From: Marsupella aquatica
Taxonomy: Eukaryota > Plantae > Marchantiophyta
Assembly (NCBI GenBank): GCA_973895155.1
Contig: OZ316897.1
Location: 11,245,832 to 11,309,831 of the forward strand
Direction: 5' to 3'
Length of the DNA: 64,000 nucleotides
Shown here: positions 12,978-25,500 of the stretch, piece after piece
How the letters are laid out: each line of letters starts with the position of its first letter
How positions within the stretch are numbered: position 1 is the stretch's first letter
Program-made: the position numbers and the translations under genes
Notes under the pieces: generated by a model
The model's input: the letters and a program-made list of their open reading frames with translations, nothing else
Told to the model about the DNA's origin: nothing
The model's database searches: none

Positions 12978-13138
12978 TGCCCAAGACAAGCAAGAATTAT
13001 CACACTAGACACCAAATGTTTTTTGAAAGACTTTAACACAATGCACAAGGGTCAATGCTGCCCAAGACAAGCAAGAATAATCACACGAGACACCCATTTT
13101 TTTTGAAAGACTTTAACACAATGCACAAGGGTCAATGC
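12978..13138. repeat. Tandem repeat, 2 x ~80 bp
   Basis: tgcccaagacaagcaagaa...aatgcacaagggtcaatgc at 12978 and 13059. Confidence 0.9.
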
Positions 13139-14459
13139 ACCACGATCAAGGAGGATACTCCCTCCATGATCCATGCAGGTAAGTATTGTATATACTTTAC
13201 CTGCAAGTAAATATTGTACATATTCAATATTGTGTGTAGCATAATTTTGTGTAATATTGGTAAAAATAGTTTAATTGCTAATAATAGTTGAGTCACTAGA
13301 TCAATAAAGAACTATTCTCCCTATATTTGTGGTGATTTTTACAGTCATTTGCAGTGTCATTTTCAATGCCAAAAACAAAAGTAATAAGGCCCAAAGACAT
13401 AGTGAAACGCATGGCATGGGAGTTTATGGCAAGGTGTCGCGCAAGGGGCACACTCGCAATGTAGGGCAGCCCCTCAAAGGGCTCCAGTCTCGCATGGGTG
13501 GGGAGGGGGGGGGGCAAACGAGTGGAGTGATGGTGAATGAGAAAAAGAGAAGGCCAAAAATATGAAAAGGTGGAAAAGGGGGAGGTTAAGGTTTAAAAGG
13601 AACATAAGAGAAAAAGAGGGGGGGTGGGGGGGGGGCGACACCTCTCATGTTGTTATACTTTTGAGTTTGTCATCGCCAGTCTTTTGTGCAATGACATCTT
13701 TTATTCAAGAATTTTTTTGTGCAAGGAGAAAAAAGAAAAAAGAAAAGAAAACTTTTGTGGCTGCCGTAGCCACTATTTTACACAATGATATCTTTCACTC
13801 AACAAAAGTTTTTGTGCAATAATATATTTTAACAAATTTTTGTTATTCAACGGTATCTTTTGCACCACAATCTATTTCTCAACACCATCTTTAACCAAAC
13901 AACATTGCACCGCATGGGGATTGAAAGGATACCGACATAATGGTCATCTTTGCAAAACTCTAAAACACTAAACTTGAAACCAATAATATAAAGTTGTGCC
14001 AATTTATAGAGTGAAATTTATAGAGTGGTCGCCATTCATATGCAGGGGCATTTTGGGAAAAAAGCAAAACAAAGAAAAAGACTCACTCTTTCTCTCCTTG
14101 CTTTTTTATTTCATAACATCTTTCACATAACCACACCTTGTGTGAAATGACATTTTTTTTTCTTATAACATTTTTTACTTCACGATAGCTTTGGCGAAAT
14201 GCGGGGCGAAATGACACCTTTTTCTTAACAACATATTTCACATATTGACATCTTAGTTTGGCAAAATGATTTATTTTTTCTTAATGGAATTTTGCAATGA
14301 CCCATGCTTTGCCGGCACGACATTTTTTTCTCAACGACTTCTTGGCCGACACGACATCTTTTTTCTTAACGTCCTCTATGCTCTCACTACATCTTTTTGT
14401 CTCAAATACTTCTTTTCGCTCCATGACCTCTTGGCCGACACATTTTCTTTTGTAGAACG

Positions 14460-15052
14460 CACAGGTATTGAGCTAGTTCCACCATAATTCAATGGTGAGA
14501 ATACTCAGATTATATTTGGCAATATCTTGAAGCGCAACATACCATGGCCTCAGGTTGCCTCAGATATGTGGTGTGAAGCACAAACCCTTATTGACAAGCT
14601 TCGTTACATAGCACCCCCACCCCCACCCCCACCCCAACAAGCGGCTTGGCTCAAGGGGAGCTGACGAGGTGAAAGCGCATTTGAGGGTTATGAATTGGGA
14701 TACTCTTGCTTGCCCGGCAGAAGGCCGCTTTTGATCCAAGCCCCCACACTGCTCATGACACCAGTTACTTCACATCTCGCCACAGGTGGAGCTCAGCAGG
14801 TGGGCGTGCTTTTCCTGAAGAAACCCTGGACTCCTGAGATGATGAAAGTGGCAGTAATTGGGGGAGCAGAGCAGTGGTTCGTGGGCGATGAATATCGTGA
14901 AATGTCCCAATTTGAACCAACGCCTGTGGGAAAGTATACATTTAGCAATTTTTCGTTCAAGAATTTATCATGTGCAGCTTGCGTCATTCAACTATGATAA
15001 GATTACACAGACCGCCGGAGGAAAAGATACTCCGCAGGTCTCGTGTAGTTGA
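14460..15052 (+). pseudogene. Fragment of an IRE/IREH1-type (MAST-like) AGC Ser/Thr kinase C-terminus, intronless and frameshifted
   Basis: Mosaic translation: TGI..[40 protein letters not shown] / PNKRLGSRGADEVKAH..MNWDTL / ARQKAAFDPSPHTAHDTSYFTSRHRWS / YTFSNFSFKNLS / QLASFNYD. These match the plant IRE kinase end and AGC C-tail (ARQKAAF, DTSYF, FSNFSFKNLSQLASxNYD). Confidence 0.85.
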
Positions 15053-15599
15053 CTTCGGTTGGGGATCTTGTCAAACAGAATGAAATACAAATGTTTTGTG
15101 GCCGGCTGGTAGCTAGGGTCCGTCAACGCCTTGAGTGAAGCAAGTTGTACTACATGTGATAAGTAAGCAAATTATTGCCGTCATTGTCAACCGTCTGATC
15201 GCTCGTTTTTGTTATAATTACTCACTCAGAATCAGGAAGGAAAGGTCTCTGGCATGTTCAAGAATTCAGGTACCTCACGCGTTTGGTTATGAAAGACTGA
15301 AGCTACTCAACACATGTGCGTTAGACTTTTTGAGAACTATGTGGCTTTCCGCTGGGCTTTCCGCAGCTGTACAACGTACTACTCTCCTGCTGATCGAGAC
15401 GCCCCTGGCAATATTAAGAAGCTTTAATTCTAAGCCCTGCTCATTTGCCATTAGTCTAGTTATATTCCTTCTCTCTGATAGAATATTGCAAGGACCTTTC
15501 TCAGAGTACTAGATTTTAGTCAAAACCCCATCATCGGTTAGCATAAGCCCACGCTCTAGGTAGAACGCGGAGGTCGTTGAGCCAGTGATATGACAAAGC

Positions 15600-15910
15600 T
15601 CTCCCTCGACACTAAGCCCCGTACTTGGCGTAGAGCCACGGTAATATCTCGTCGAATAGAAGTTGACCTCTTGGCGGAGAAGCTAGGGCGTTGCTAAGCG
15701 AAAGGGTTCTAATTAGAAGGATCCCTGAGGAGAGCCGACGGCTGAGAGGAAGCCTGCCAAGGTGGGCATCGTTACCCGATCGAAGAGAGACCGAGGGAGC
15801 TAGACAAAGCGCGCGCGTTGCGGAATTTCCCAGGAAATTGCTTGCCAATTTTTGAGGTTGGCTTGGGCTTCGAGTGTGGATAATTGGCGGGTGCGGAGCG
15901 AGAGATTGAG
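15600..15910 (+). repeat. Upstream/promoter-only fragment (copy D) of the repeated unit
   Basis: ttggcttgggcttcgagtg...gggtgcggagc (15858-15899) matches the - strand at ~19162-19205 and ~16650-16707. Patchy homology continues to 19200-19440(-). Confidence 0.6.
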
Positions 15911-16124
15911 GCAGATCAATTGCGAGGACCTAATTAGGGCTTGGCAGCAGTCCATTATGTTTCAAATTTGACCATTTAAGCATATATTTGACGAGCCCTT
16001 TCGGACAGATACTCGGACAGATAACTTTCAAGGAATCATTCCGATGCAGCAATTACCGAATGAGGTCCTTTTGAAAATGTAGTCCAGGAGGTAATTAATC
16101 ATAACTATGGGCTCAGATGTCTAA

Positions 16125-16439
16125 TTAATCCCGCCACTCGAACAGATATACTTTAAGCTGCTCTCGTCTCTCTCCATCACAATGAAAATCATCCGAGAAA
16201 CCATCCCATTGAAGCCCTTCATTTGCCACACTCAAGACACACCGATTTCGTTTTGTAATCTCCAGATTCTGGAGGCGACGTTGGACAGTAGAATATGCCC
16301 TGAGACAGTTTGCATACTCTGTCCTCGGGGGTTGTAAACCCGGTCGTAAAGGAATGTCTGTGTCACGAATTGGCCCCACTTCCATTGTGCCTCACCTTGA
16401 TAGGATGTAACGAAATGTTTCTATCGTCTTGAGAGCCAT
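16125..16439 (-). pseudogene. Degenerate paralog (copy B) of the orphan ORF at 18385-18744
   Basis: MALKT...VGPIRDTDIPLRP...EDRVCKLSQGIF...IVMERDESSLK, interrupted by stops and frameshifts. The leader (gggtcgtcaattac) and upstream motif are also shared. Confidence 0.7.
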
Positions 16440-18384
16440 CACGAGTGTTGGGGGTGTAATTGACGACCCACTTCCTTGACTCAAAGAACGGGGCGGGGTG
16501 TCTTTCACTTCCTCGGGAATTCTTGTGCCTAATCACGACTCGATCAAATCTCTCACTCTCAAGTCTCGACAGAAACTCCCGAAGAACTCAAAAGAACGCA
16601 GAGCAGAACCTCAATCTTGTTCTCTCGCGTTCATTCTGCCTTCGTTCCTCGTTCGCACCCTCTGTTTGTTCCCTTTCCACGCCCAAGCCAACCTCTCCAA
16701 AATTGGCAAACAGTACGTGCATATCACCATCCGGACTGGATCGAGTAGTGTGCTTTTATTCTTGGAGAGGGAGAAGGACACTCAGGGACGTCTTAATTGA
16801 GTATTGTGCTCCTTTTAGTAGTAGTCAAAAGCAGCAACAGCTCTTTATCAATCAAATTTAGTTGTACCCAAAAACAACCCTTTCTCGATAACTTTGGTGG
16901 CTCTATTTTAAGTCCTGAAGGTGACTTTAATTCAGCGAATGATTCAGATGTAAGTAGCGATTGCGGACTGATCGAGGTCATTTTTATAAATACGGTCCAG
17001 GCTCAATCCAGGCGCCAAGATAAAACATTTGACAACGGTCTACGTGCCGGGTTTGATATCCAAGCCGGACGAAGACCCCGGGCCAATACCTCAACCAGAA
17101 AGCCCTCGAAGGGATTGGACACGTAACTTCAAGTTCCACTGAAACAACATGTTTGAATTCAGACTGAAACAACATGTTTGAATTCAGACTGACGTAATGA
17201 ACAGGAAGGAAGAAGGAAGATGTTCATGACCAAGGAAGGAAGAAGGAAGAAGGTAGGAAGATGTTCATGACCTTTTCGCAGACGACCAAGGGAATCTACG
17301 GTACGGTGTGCATTCTTGCTCTGTCTCGTTAATGACGCTATCAAAGTTTTCTAACGAAGCTATTTATGTGTCTACAAGCTGCTCAGTGTTTATTGATGTC
17401 CGATGCTATGATCATCATTTGTCCGAGGCTATGAAGTGGAAGTCAGTTAGTTTAATTACACTACCGGTACATTTCTGCGGGATCAAATTTATTCCCCGGA
17501 GAGTCTCAAAAGTTGAACTTCGATGCAATTGATCACGTTGTTCAGAAACTCACATCCATTAATTATCATGTCACATTGATTGTATTGAATGCATAATGGG
17601 TCTTCCTTATAACCGGATGTTAGTATATATTTCGACCTCGATCTGGCCTGAGCTCCTCCGGACCAGCTGATCGACAATTATACATTAAATTATCAGTGAA
17701 GTTCGTATGGTAATATATCCTCGCGGTAACTTGTCATTGCAGATACCTGGGCAAAGAATAATTGGGTACGTGCTTCCGAAATCCGTTGCCCAGTTCCGCT
17801 ATCTGTGCGCTGTTTTCCTCAGTCAGAGTGTGAGTGACTCATATGTAGGCCACCCAATTGTTAGTCCGGTCAGACTTGTAACAATTACTTTCAACTGGTA
17901 TGGGCCTGAGTGAATTGTTCCGATCGGGTATTTCGTGATCATGAGGAAGCCAGTTTCGTTACAAATCCCATTGAGAACAGATTGCTAAATAACCAGCGCA
18001 ATTGCTAAATAACCAGCGCAGAGATTGCAACAGAGTAGTGGTACAACGTGTTGTTGACTTTGGTATTGAATTACAATCTCTTGAGTTGTATGCTTTACAA
18101 TAGCAAGCATTTAATCATGGAAGTGCTTACAATAGGTTTCTTGTGACCAACACCAGGTCTAAGCTTTACTTAAAACGTATAACTTAAACCTTAGTCACCT
18201 TTTCTAATTTAAGTGCAAGCGTCAAGTAATGAACTAAATGTTACTAAAAATTAGTAGTGCCAAATAGTGAAGCACTAACAAAGAATTATAAACATTAGCG
18301 TTCTCCAGTACAGAAAGTTCCTGAAGAGGCATTCGAACTATTTACAATATATAGTCAATTGCAGTCAACTCTAAAGTGAGGGCA

Positions 18385-18744
18385 CTAATCCTGACGGCGC
18401 TCATATTTCAGCCATCCCACCCCATCTCTCAAATTACCCTCTCGTACCCAGCACTTCAAGCTCTTCTCGTCTTGCTCCATCACAATTGAATCGGTCCCAA
18501 AGTAAAAGCTGCTCCCGTTCACTGCCCCGACCAAGGGACTCACAGAGTTGGAGACGATATCGGATTCCTCATCTTCAGGTTCTCGAGTCGACACCGGCGC
18601 ACCAGAGAAGATGCCCTGAGGCACTCTGCATACTCGGTCCTCGGGTCGTAGAGCAATGTCTCCGTCACGAATTGGCCCCACTACCATCATGCCCCATGCT
18701 GATTGGACTTCAAGTGTTACAGGTTTCATCGTCTTGAGCGCCAT
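18385..18744 (-). CDS. Orphan 119-aa hypothetical protein (copy C, intact member of a local repeated unit)
   Basis: Open ATG-to-TAG frame MALKTMKPVTLEVQSAWGMMVVGPIRDGD...WLKYERRQD. Paralogs at 2-109 and 16125-16439. TATAAATA upstream on the same strand at ~19175-19182. Confidence 0.45.
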   Translation of the reverse strand: MALKTMKPVTLEVQSAWGMMVVGPIRDGDIALRPEDRVCRVPQGIFSGAPVSTREPEDEESDIVSNSVSPLVGAVNGSSFYFGTDSIVMEQDEKSLKCWVREGNLRDGVGWLKYERRQD

Positions 18745-19169
18745 CAAGATTGCTGAAGAGGTAATTGTCGACCCAGTTGCTTGATCGAAAAACTATCTCT
18801 CACGTCCACGAGAATCCTCTGCCTAGTGTGCACCCCAGGTTTGTTGTCGAAGAGTTACTGCCCACCAAAATCGGTTCCTCGCTGCGTTGCCTGATATTTC
18901 TGCCCCTTCTTCTGCTACTTCTTGTACTTCCTGCCGACGGTTCAGCCTGGCCACCGAGACGCGGAGCCGTTATCTCAACAGAGAAGTAGCCTTACTCGAA
19001 TTTTCTCGGTTGAGCGGCCAACAACAACGGGTTCCCCTTCCTATCTCGTACGTGATTCTCCAGTATCCCTTCTCAATTTCGCAAAATTCTCTGCACACAG
19101 CAGAACTCACACGTCCACCGACCCACCAGCCAGGCAGCCACTCAACTTCCGATCAAATCCTGCTCCGCA

Positions 19170-19185
19170 CCCTCTATTTATACCC
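19170..19185 (-). promoter_or_regulatory. TATA box (gtataaatagaggg) upstream of copy C
   Basis: The plus strand reads cctctatttatac, i.e. TATAAATAGAGG on the minus strand. This context is common in plant promoters and in LTRs. Confidence 0.45.
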
Positions 19186-19825
19186 ACTCGAAGCCCAAGC
19201 CAAGTTCCGATTTGATCACTTCGAGCACTCTCTTTTCTTACCTTCCGACGTTGCTTCCGAAGACCTCCGGTCTTCGTTATCCTTTCCCGAGCCGCCAACC
19301 TCCCGTGAAACACGTTTCCGAGGGAGGATCCCTCTAACTGCAGTTAGCAAGATCCTCAATCGACGGCGTCAGAAGTCCCACATGCGTCAGGTTCGGGACT
19401 GCTACCGTAGATCTCTAACCCGTTCTAGGATCGAGGGGTATGGCGGGTGACCTCAGCGGCTCAGCTTCCCGGAGACGAACATTCTCAACACGCTTCCGGC
19501 GCCACGTCGCCGGCCGCTCATTTGTCGAGAGCCGCGCGCACCTCGGCTCGGATTCTCCGCAAGGGGTACGAGTTTTTGAGACCTCGTCGTCGTAGAAAAA
19601 AGGAAGGTCTTCGATTCGACGACGGTCGAGTGATTCAGCCACACAAACACGTTTGTACTTCCTAGAATTCGCCTTGTCCGCAGGAGTGGGTAGATTCTGA
19701 AGTCAAACAGCAACGTGACAGATCGCCGCCGGACCGTGATTGACGAGAGAGGCCGTTCCATTTGTGAAGATACAGCGAGATTTAGTTTGCTGAATTTGAG
19801 CAGCTCTTCTCTTCGTTCGATTGGA

Positions 19826-19955
19826 CGTTAAGGTAGCGGACTGGGCAGATTTTAAGTGAAAAATCGTTCGTTGTACGTTAAGGTAGCCGACTGAGCAGAT
19901 TTTAAGCTACAAAATCGTTCGTTGTACGTTAAGGTAGCGGACTGGGCAGATTTCA
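19826..19955. repeat. Tandem repeat, ~2.6 x 50 bp
   Basis: cgttaaggtagc(g/c)gactg(g/a)gcagattt repeated three times with a 50-bp period. Confidence 0.9.
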
Positions 19956-22301
19956 CTAAGTCCAATGCCAAGGGACAGCTGCTGCCGGGGACACGAGTTT
20001 GAAGAGAGCTGAACATCGTTAATATTTGTGAAGATATGGTTCGAGGCTAGAATAGTTCCGTCATACGTGAGCCTGGGAAGGAACCGGGGCAATTCTCCGC
20101 GGTTTGTGTCCTGGCCTCTGTTGTTCTGTCTAGGGGTCGGGTGTTCATATCCCGTAATGAAAGCACACCTTGTCAGCAAATTTAACATTTTGAGAGCGGA
20201 CAGAGGGATCTAAAAGAGCAGAATAGAACACTTGCAGTTAGAATTAGGATGAGGGCTCTCGGCCAAGGGTCCGTCAGAACCGACTGGACATCGAACCATA
20301 AAATTATAGGGACATGGAAGCCCAGTGAACAAGACTGCATTCAGCAGGCACTGGTAATCAATTGTCATTAATTAAAGGTTCTACCGTAAGGAAAACCACT
20401 TTGTAGTACAAGACACCGATCCCAAACAGCACTACAACAATTTAAGGGAAGTATTGATAAATTGACAAAGGGGTTCAATAAATGTACGGGAAGTGATTGT
20501 GCAATCTGCAGAACACTATTGGACATTCGAACATCGATCTCACGAACACCAACGGAAAGTCGCTGACGAATTCCGAGTTCGAGCTTTCCCTTTCTCATGT
20601 AGGATTTTGATTAGTACATATGAGGCAGGGGAGTCGAGTCGAAGCACTCTGCCACCTAGTCGTCCACACGTTGACATCGCGACTAATGTGATCGAAAGGT
20701 CAACAATCATAATAATTACAAGGGTAACAAGGGTTGCATCACATGATTGATTGTCATCGAGCCTGCTGGTCAGACACTCAAGTCCTCGGTGGGCGATTGA
20801 CTTGCATGATCCCATGATTGCACTTCGGATTGAACATATATTTGCCTCCCGATTTGCCTACTTAGTGAATGCTTTCTGACAAGTTGAAACCCAAAGCGAG
20901 ATCAGCCTGAGTGGACGATGATTCTCAATGTCGTTGAATCGACTGATATATGTCTTTACCAGAAGGTGCATTGGTCATTCGGGGAAACACATGCAATGGA
21001 CTCGATTCAATGCCTACCGCAGCCTAACAAAAGGTAGAAGTCCCGAAAGACGTACTTGTATAAAACGGATCATGGCAAATGTAATGATTATTATTGCTCA
21101 TTGATACTGGCTGATTATCGATTGCTCACTTTCTCTAAATTCAGTCCTGGAGTTTGAAGTGAATTTATGGCGCTGTCGATCACGACGTATAAATATATCC
21201 TCCCACATTTTGGTTGGGACTTGATGTATCCCTGCCACGATCGAATTAAGCAGAGCTAGACAATATATATGACCGCCAAACCAAAAATCTTGTATGCATG
21301 CTAAGAGACAAAGAGACAGAGTTCCGATGAAATTGCGTGCGTGAAGTGACCAACAGAGTAAGGCAAGACTACCAGATCTAGAGGATGCTTCACGATTGCT
21401 ATCAATTTTTTTTCATTTCTAATCATACATATTGACAAGTCTGTTACAATCAGTAGCGAGTGTCACAACCAGCCTAGACTCATCTCAGGTCCAGTGCACC
21501 TAAAGCACTGCCAAAATTAATTTACACCCCAAGCTAGTCAACTAGAATATATATGTGGAACTAGCTAAAGCTGGGAACAAACCGCAGAACAAAATGTACA
21601 CAAACCTCATTTGAAAAGCTCTGCCTAGCTAGAGCTAGCTCCGCCAATTTTATGAGCTACACGAAGTGTCTTGCATCTGTGGTACGTTTGGGAAAGGACT
21701 ATAGATTGCAATTCCTAGAAGGAACTTTTTAGCTCAATCCACGCGTATGCAAAGGGTGTATTTCTCGCTTGATCACGTAGCTTGCATCATGCAGAAGTAG
21801 AGGGTGAGCTCAAAATTTTTCACACTTGAAGTGTTCGATCAAGTGTGTGCCTATATGCCTCAGCTCGACTACATCGGACTTATGACTAAAATAACTATGG
21901 ATATTACACTGGCCGATGAATTCTGAACAGTCTTGATCGAGCGTTCCACGCCTGATGCATACATACAGCAAGATTCAACCTCATCGTGGCATATATTGCT
22001 GCTTCGGGAGCATTGTTGCAGCTTGAACAATCTGCATGATCTGTTATTCGAACGACAGACAGTACTGGCCAGGTGCAAAAAGCAGATCCGTCCATGCAAA
22101 TGACAGTGGTGGTCCGAAGCAAGCAGCCGTCCACGAGGCCTGAGCTCCAACAGCCAATTAATTCAGGTGCAACAGACCTAGCTAGGCTGGGAACATCAAT
22201 TTCATTGAGGAGCCAAGGCTGTAGTCACTCTCGGGGCCCCGCTCGGAGCTAGCTGTTAAAATCGAGTCTCGCTTCTGATGATGCATTCTATCCGTTATCC
22301 A

Positions 22302-22544
22302 TCACGTGGGGTTGCTAAGGAGGAAGCTGACCCTGCATGCTGCCCACAGAGAGAAGAAGCTGATAAGCAAAATCTCAGCCAAGGGTGGAATTGACAACCC
22401 GCTCGCGCTCCCTATGCTCGGAGATGGTGCGGGGGCCAAGGCAAAACTGTCGAGGTACTGCTCAGCAACGGCTGTGGAGTGCGGGCTCGACGCGCACACA
22501 ACCACGAGAACGATTGCAGTAGCTAGTCCCCTGGCAATCGACAT
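22302..22544 (-). CDS. Arabinogalactan peptide (AG-peptide)-like, putative GPI-anchored, 80 aa
   Basis: Signal peptide MSIARGLATAIVLVVVCASS..AVA, short mature part with APAPSP, small-residue omega-like site GSAS, hydrophobic tail LAEILLISFFSLWAA. Confidence 0.75.
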   Translation of the reverse strand: MSIARGLATAIVLVVVCASSPHSTAVAEQYLDSFALAPAPSPSIGSASGLSIPPLAEILLISFFSLWAACRVSFLLSNPT

Positions 22545-25500
22545 GATGCTTCCTGAGCCCTGTTTCTTAAATTGATAATCAATCAAAGAATGCCGAAAGT
22601 TCTTTGCCGAAAGTACTGTCGATACACCCCAATTGAGCTCTCGTTCGCAAGGCTGAGTTTGCTTAAAGGTTTAACGAGCTTCCTCCTTTGAACCCCAGGG
22701 ATGGAGGCACAGATGGCGAAAAGCTTATGAAATGAGAGAAGACGAGGAGCGATAAGACGATTTATCTCCAAGAGGCTCATGTGGGCACAGCTCTCGAGCT
22801 GAAAATCTTCCAAGCTAAGTATAATTACTGTACTTCAAATTATGACACAGTTGCAGAGGCAGGCTGGCTGGCTCGCTGGCTAGCAACACTTTCGTTACGT
22901 TTCACTCCTTCAGGGCTATAAAGATAGCTGAAGTACCACCCCCGGAATATGGCTGTCGCTCACTCTCTCTCGTCGGTGAGTACTGCAACATTAACGACAT
23001 TAATTATAGCAGTGGTTGCAGCTGCAGGCTGATTCACTTGCAGTTGTAGTTTACACCCTAGATTTTAGTTTCAGCTCACACTCTGCCTCACACTCCGAGG
23101 CGCTTTTCCTTACGTCTAGATCTTTTGTCAATTTATGCCCATGGGCGCGTCCACCTTGGGTTAATTTTTCAGCTGAGCTCAGATTGAGCGAAGTTGCCCC
23201 AGCAGGCTGAATGATTTCGATTCATGATCTTTCATTGATGGAATTGTAAACTAGCTGACGGTACTGCAGTCTACCGCAGCTAGAAAGCCTGCCAGCCGGG
23301 CGGGCAGTCAGGGTTCTATACCGACCGACAACCAATGCATGTAGATCATCACAACATGCCACTCTCTCGCCATTTCGATGATTTCGTCTCTTTTCCAACC
23401 TAGCTTTTGACAGTAATACCAACCATGCATGGCGTGGCAGGTTCATTCCTCCTCAATTCACCGTCTGAAATCTAGAGATCCACCCGTGACTTTAAGACAC
23501 GGTACGTCCACCTTGTTGGAATTATTCAAATCCCAGACTGGAACAGTAGTACGCTAGGAATGAAGCAGTCATTCAACTACTATTCGCCTGAATCTCTAAG
23601 TTCTCCTTCTTATTGGAGAATTCGTGGGAACTTTTTATTACAATCTGACATAGGCAGACAGATGCGGCTTGGGCTGGGTTTTTGCTCACTGGAAGTTGCA
23701 CCCACCTCCTGCAAAAAAGGAAAAGAGACATATATAGGCAGATAGCTTTGAGAGCGTCACCATTGGCGCGCAAAGCCGCAACGGAACCCTACCTATAGAT
23801 ACGTACTGCACTACTATTGATTGAACTGTCAATCCGTCAGTACGTCGCAGATATACTGTTCCAACACAACTACCAGAAGTCCAGAAGTCCACAGTTTGTA
23901 GCACGGTGTCAGCTTCACTTGTTTTCTGGCATTTTAAGGTTGCAATTTAATGCACGTGGTGAATCAGTATGTGAGGAGAGGCTGATGTCCAGTGAATTGA
24001 AAGTTGGGAAACCAGGAGACCTTCTCGGACTCTTCCCCACACTTGTGGAACGTTTGCAGTTCTCTCGCTTGATTCAACGGCTCCCCTTTTCCAGACTTCT
24101 GAAATTGTGACATTCCTACGTTCCTTCTTGTCATATAGTTACCGGACTTTTTACCTCAAAAGTCCAACTTGATGAACACAAAGGATGAGTACAGCGAGAC
24201 TAGCACTTGTTAGTTATTTACTGTAGGCATTGTCCCATTGTCTCAAGGGACAGATAATGGATTGAAACGAGCCTAATCACACTTCAATAATGAGCAGCAG
24301 AGTTTTACTTCAGGATTTTGGTACCATTTTGTTGCTAGGCGCGTACATAAGTATGTACAATCATGATGATCGATCCTCTCAAGCATCTTGAATGAGGCAT
24401 TATTCGAAGCACAGCAGCGTGGAGTATTCTCCATTTAACGATGGACTTCGTCAAGTTTTCATTCAATTCACTTGCATACAGAAGCGCGTACGTTGGACAG
24501 ACTGCTGGTGTGAGGGTAGCTCCCAGTGATACAGCATTGATTTCTAGAGTAATGTTACGAAACAAGTGGGCATATCTTCCTTGCCGATCCTGAGTAAGTC
24601 TGCTCAGTACTACTGTACATAATATGTGGACAGGTTGAGTGGTCGTGGGCTTGTTAGCAACCCTGGCTTTGCAGTATAATCTGGCAGAGCATTGCAGCAA
24701 GTACATCGATATCTTATCCTAATGGAATACAAAACTCCCGTACACTGCACTATTTTCATTTCGCAAGGACGACTCATGAAGCAATCTAAGAAATTCAACT
24801 CAGAGGCTTTCTTGTCTTTGTGTATTGAAAACTCATAATGGTGTGGGATCGAGACGGTAAAAGTGTGCTGTCTCGTTGTGATGTCAGTATGTTTGTTTGA
24901 GTGTTTGTTAACAATGAGTACTGTGCGGGAGACTGCATGATGTCAGATTCGAAGATATTCACTGTGGAGAGCTCTTTAGCTGATTGTCATGTTGCAGGAG
25001 ATTGCAGAGATGGTGCAATAATGATGGAGATTCAGTTGCTTCATGCGATGCAGGATCACTCAATTCAAACTAGTTCACCCAAGTTCCTGTCTGGCCCGGC
25101 CCCTCTCCAAAAACAATTCTCTCCTCGATCGATATTCGAGGTTGGCAGAACATTCTCCTGTTTTCTTTTTTTAATTGATTTTTTGCTCAAATTTGAGAAA
25201 TCCTTTTGAGTAGCACTTCACAGAAATCTGGTCGATGTGTTTTGCATTTTATTCCAGAGCCATATTTATTGCTCAAGCATCGTTATACTGGCTTTCTGGG
25301 CAAACTTCCTTTTAGACACCCCTTACAACGCAAGAATGCTTTTGGCGACATGGAGCAGGATGAGCCTTATGATTCGGACACGTACGAGTAAATTTCTGCT
25401 TACTCAGCCATAACAGTGGGACCTACATGACGCTGTGGGCTTTCAATAGCAGTTGCTGGTGAAGGAGGCGGCCTTTCAATGTCATGAGGAAATTGCAGTT

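Noticed and set aside
13490-13640. G-runs (also C-runs at ~38730 and ~49675) as G-quadruplex elements
   Set aside because: Simple homopolymer or low-complexity tracts in degenerate repeat DNA with no supporting context.
18887-19450. 187-aa plus-strand ORF
   Set aside because: Non-ATG start, no recognisable motif, antisense to the promoter/leader of copy C.
22513-22535. Possible miR408 site in the AG-peptide gene (GCCAGGGGACTAGCTACTGCAA)
   Set aside because: Four mismatches plus a bulge, including the central and seed regions.
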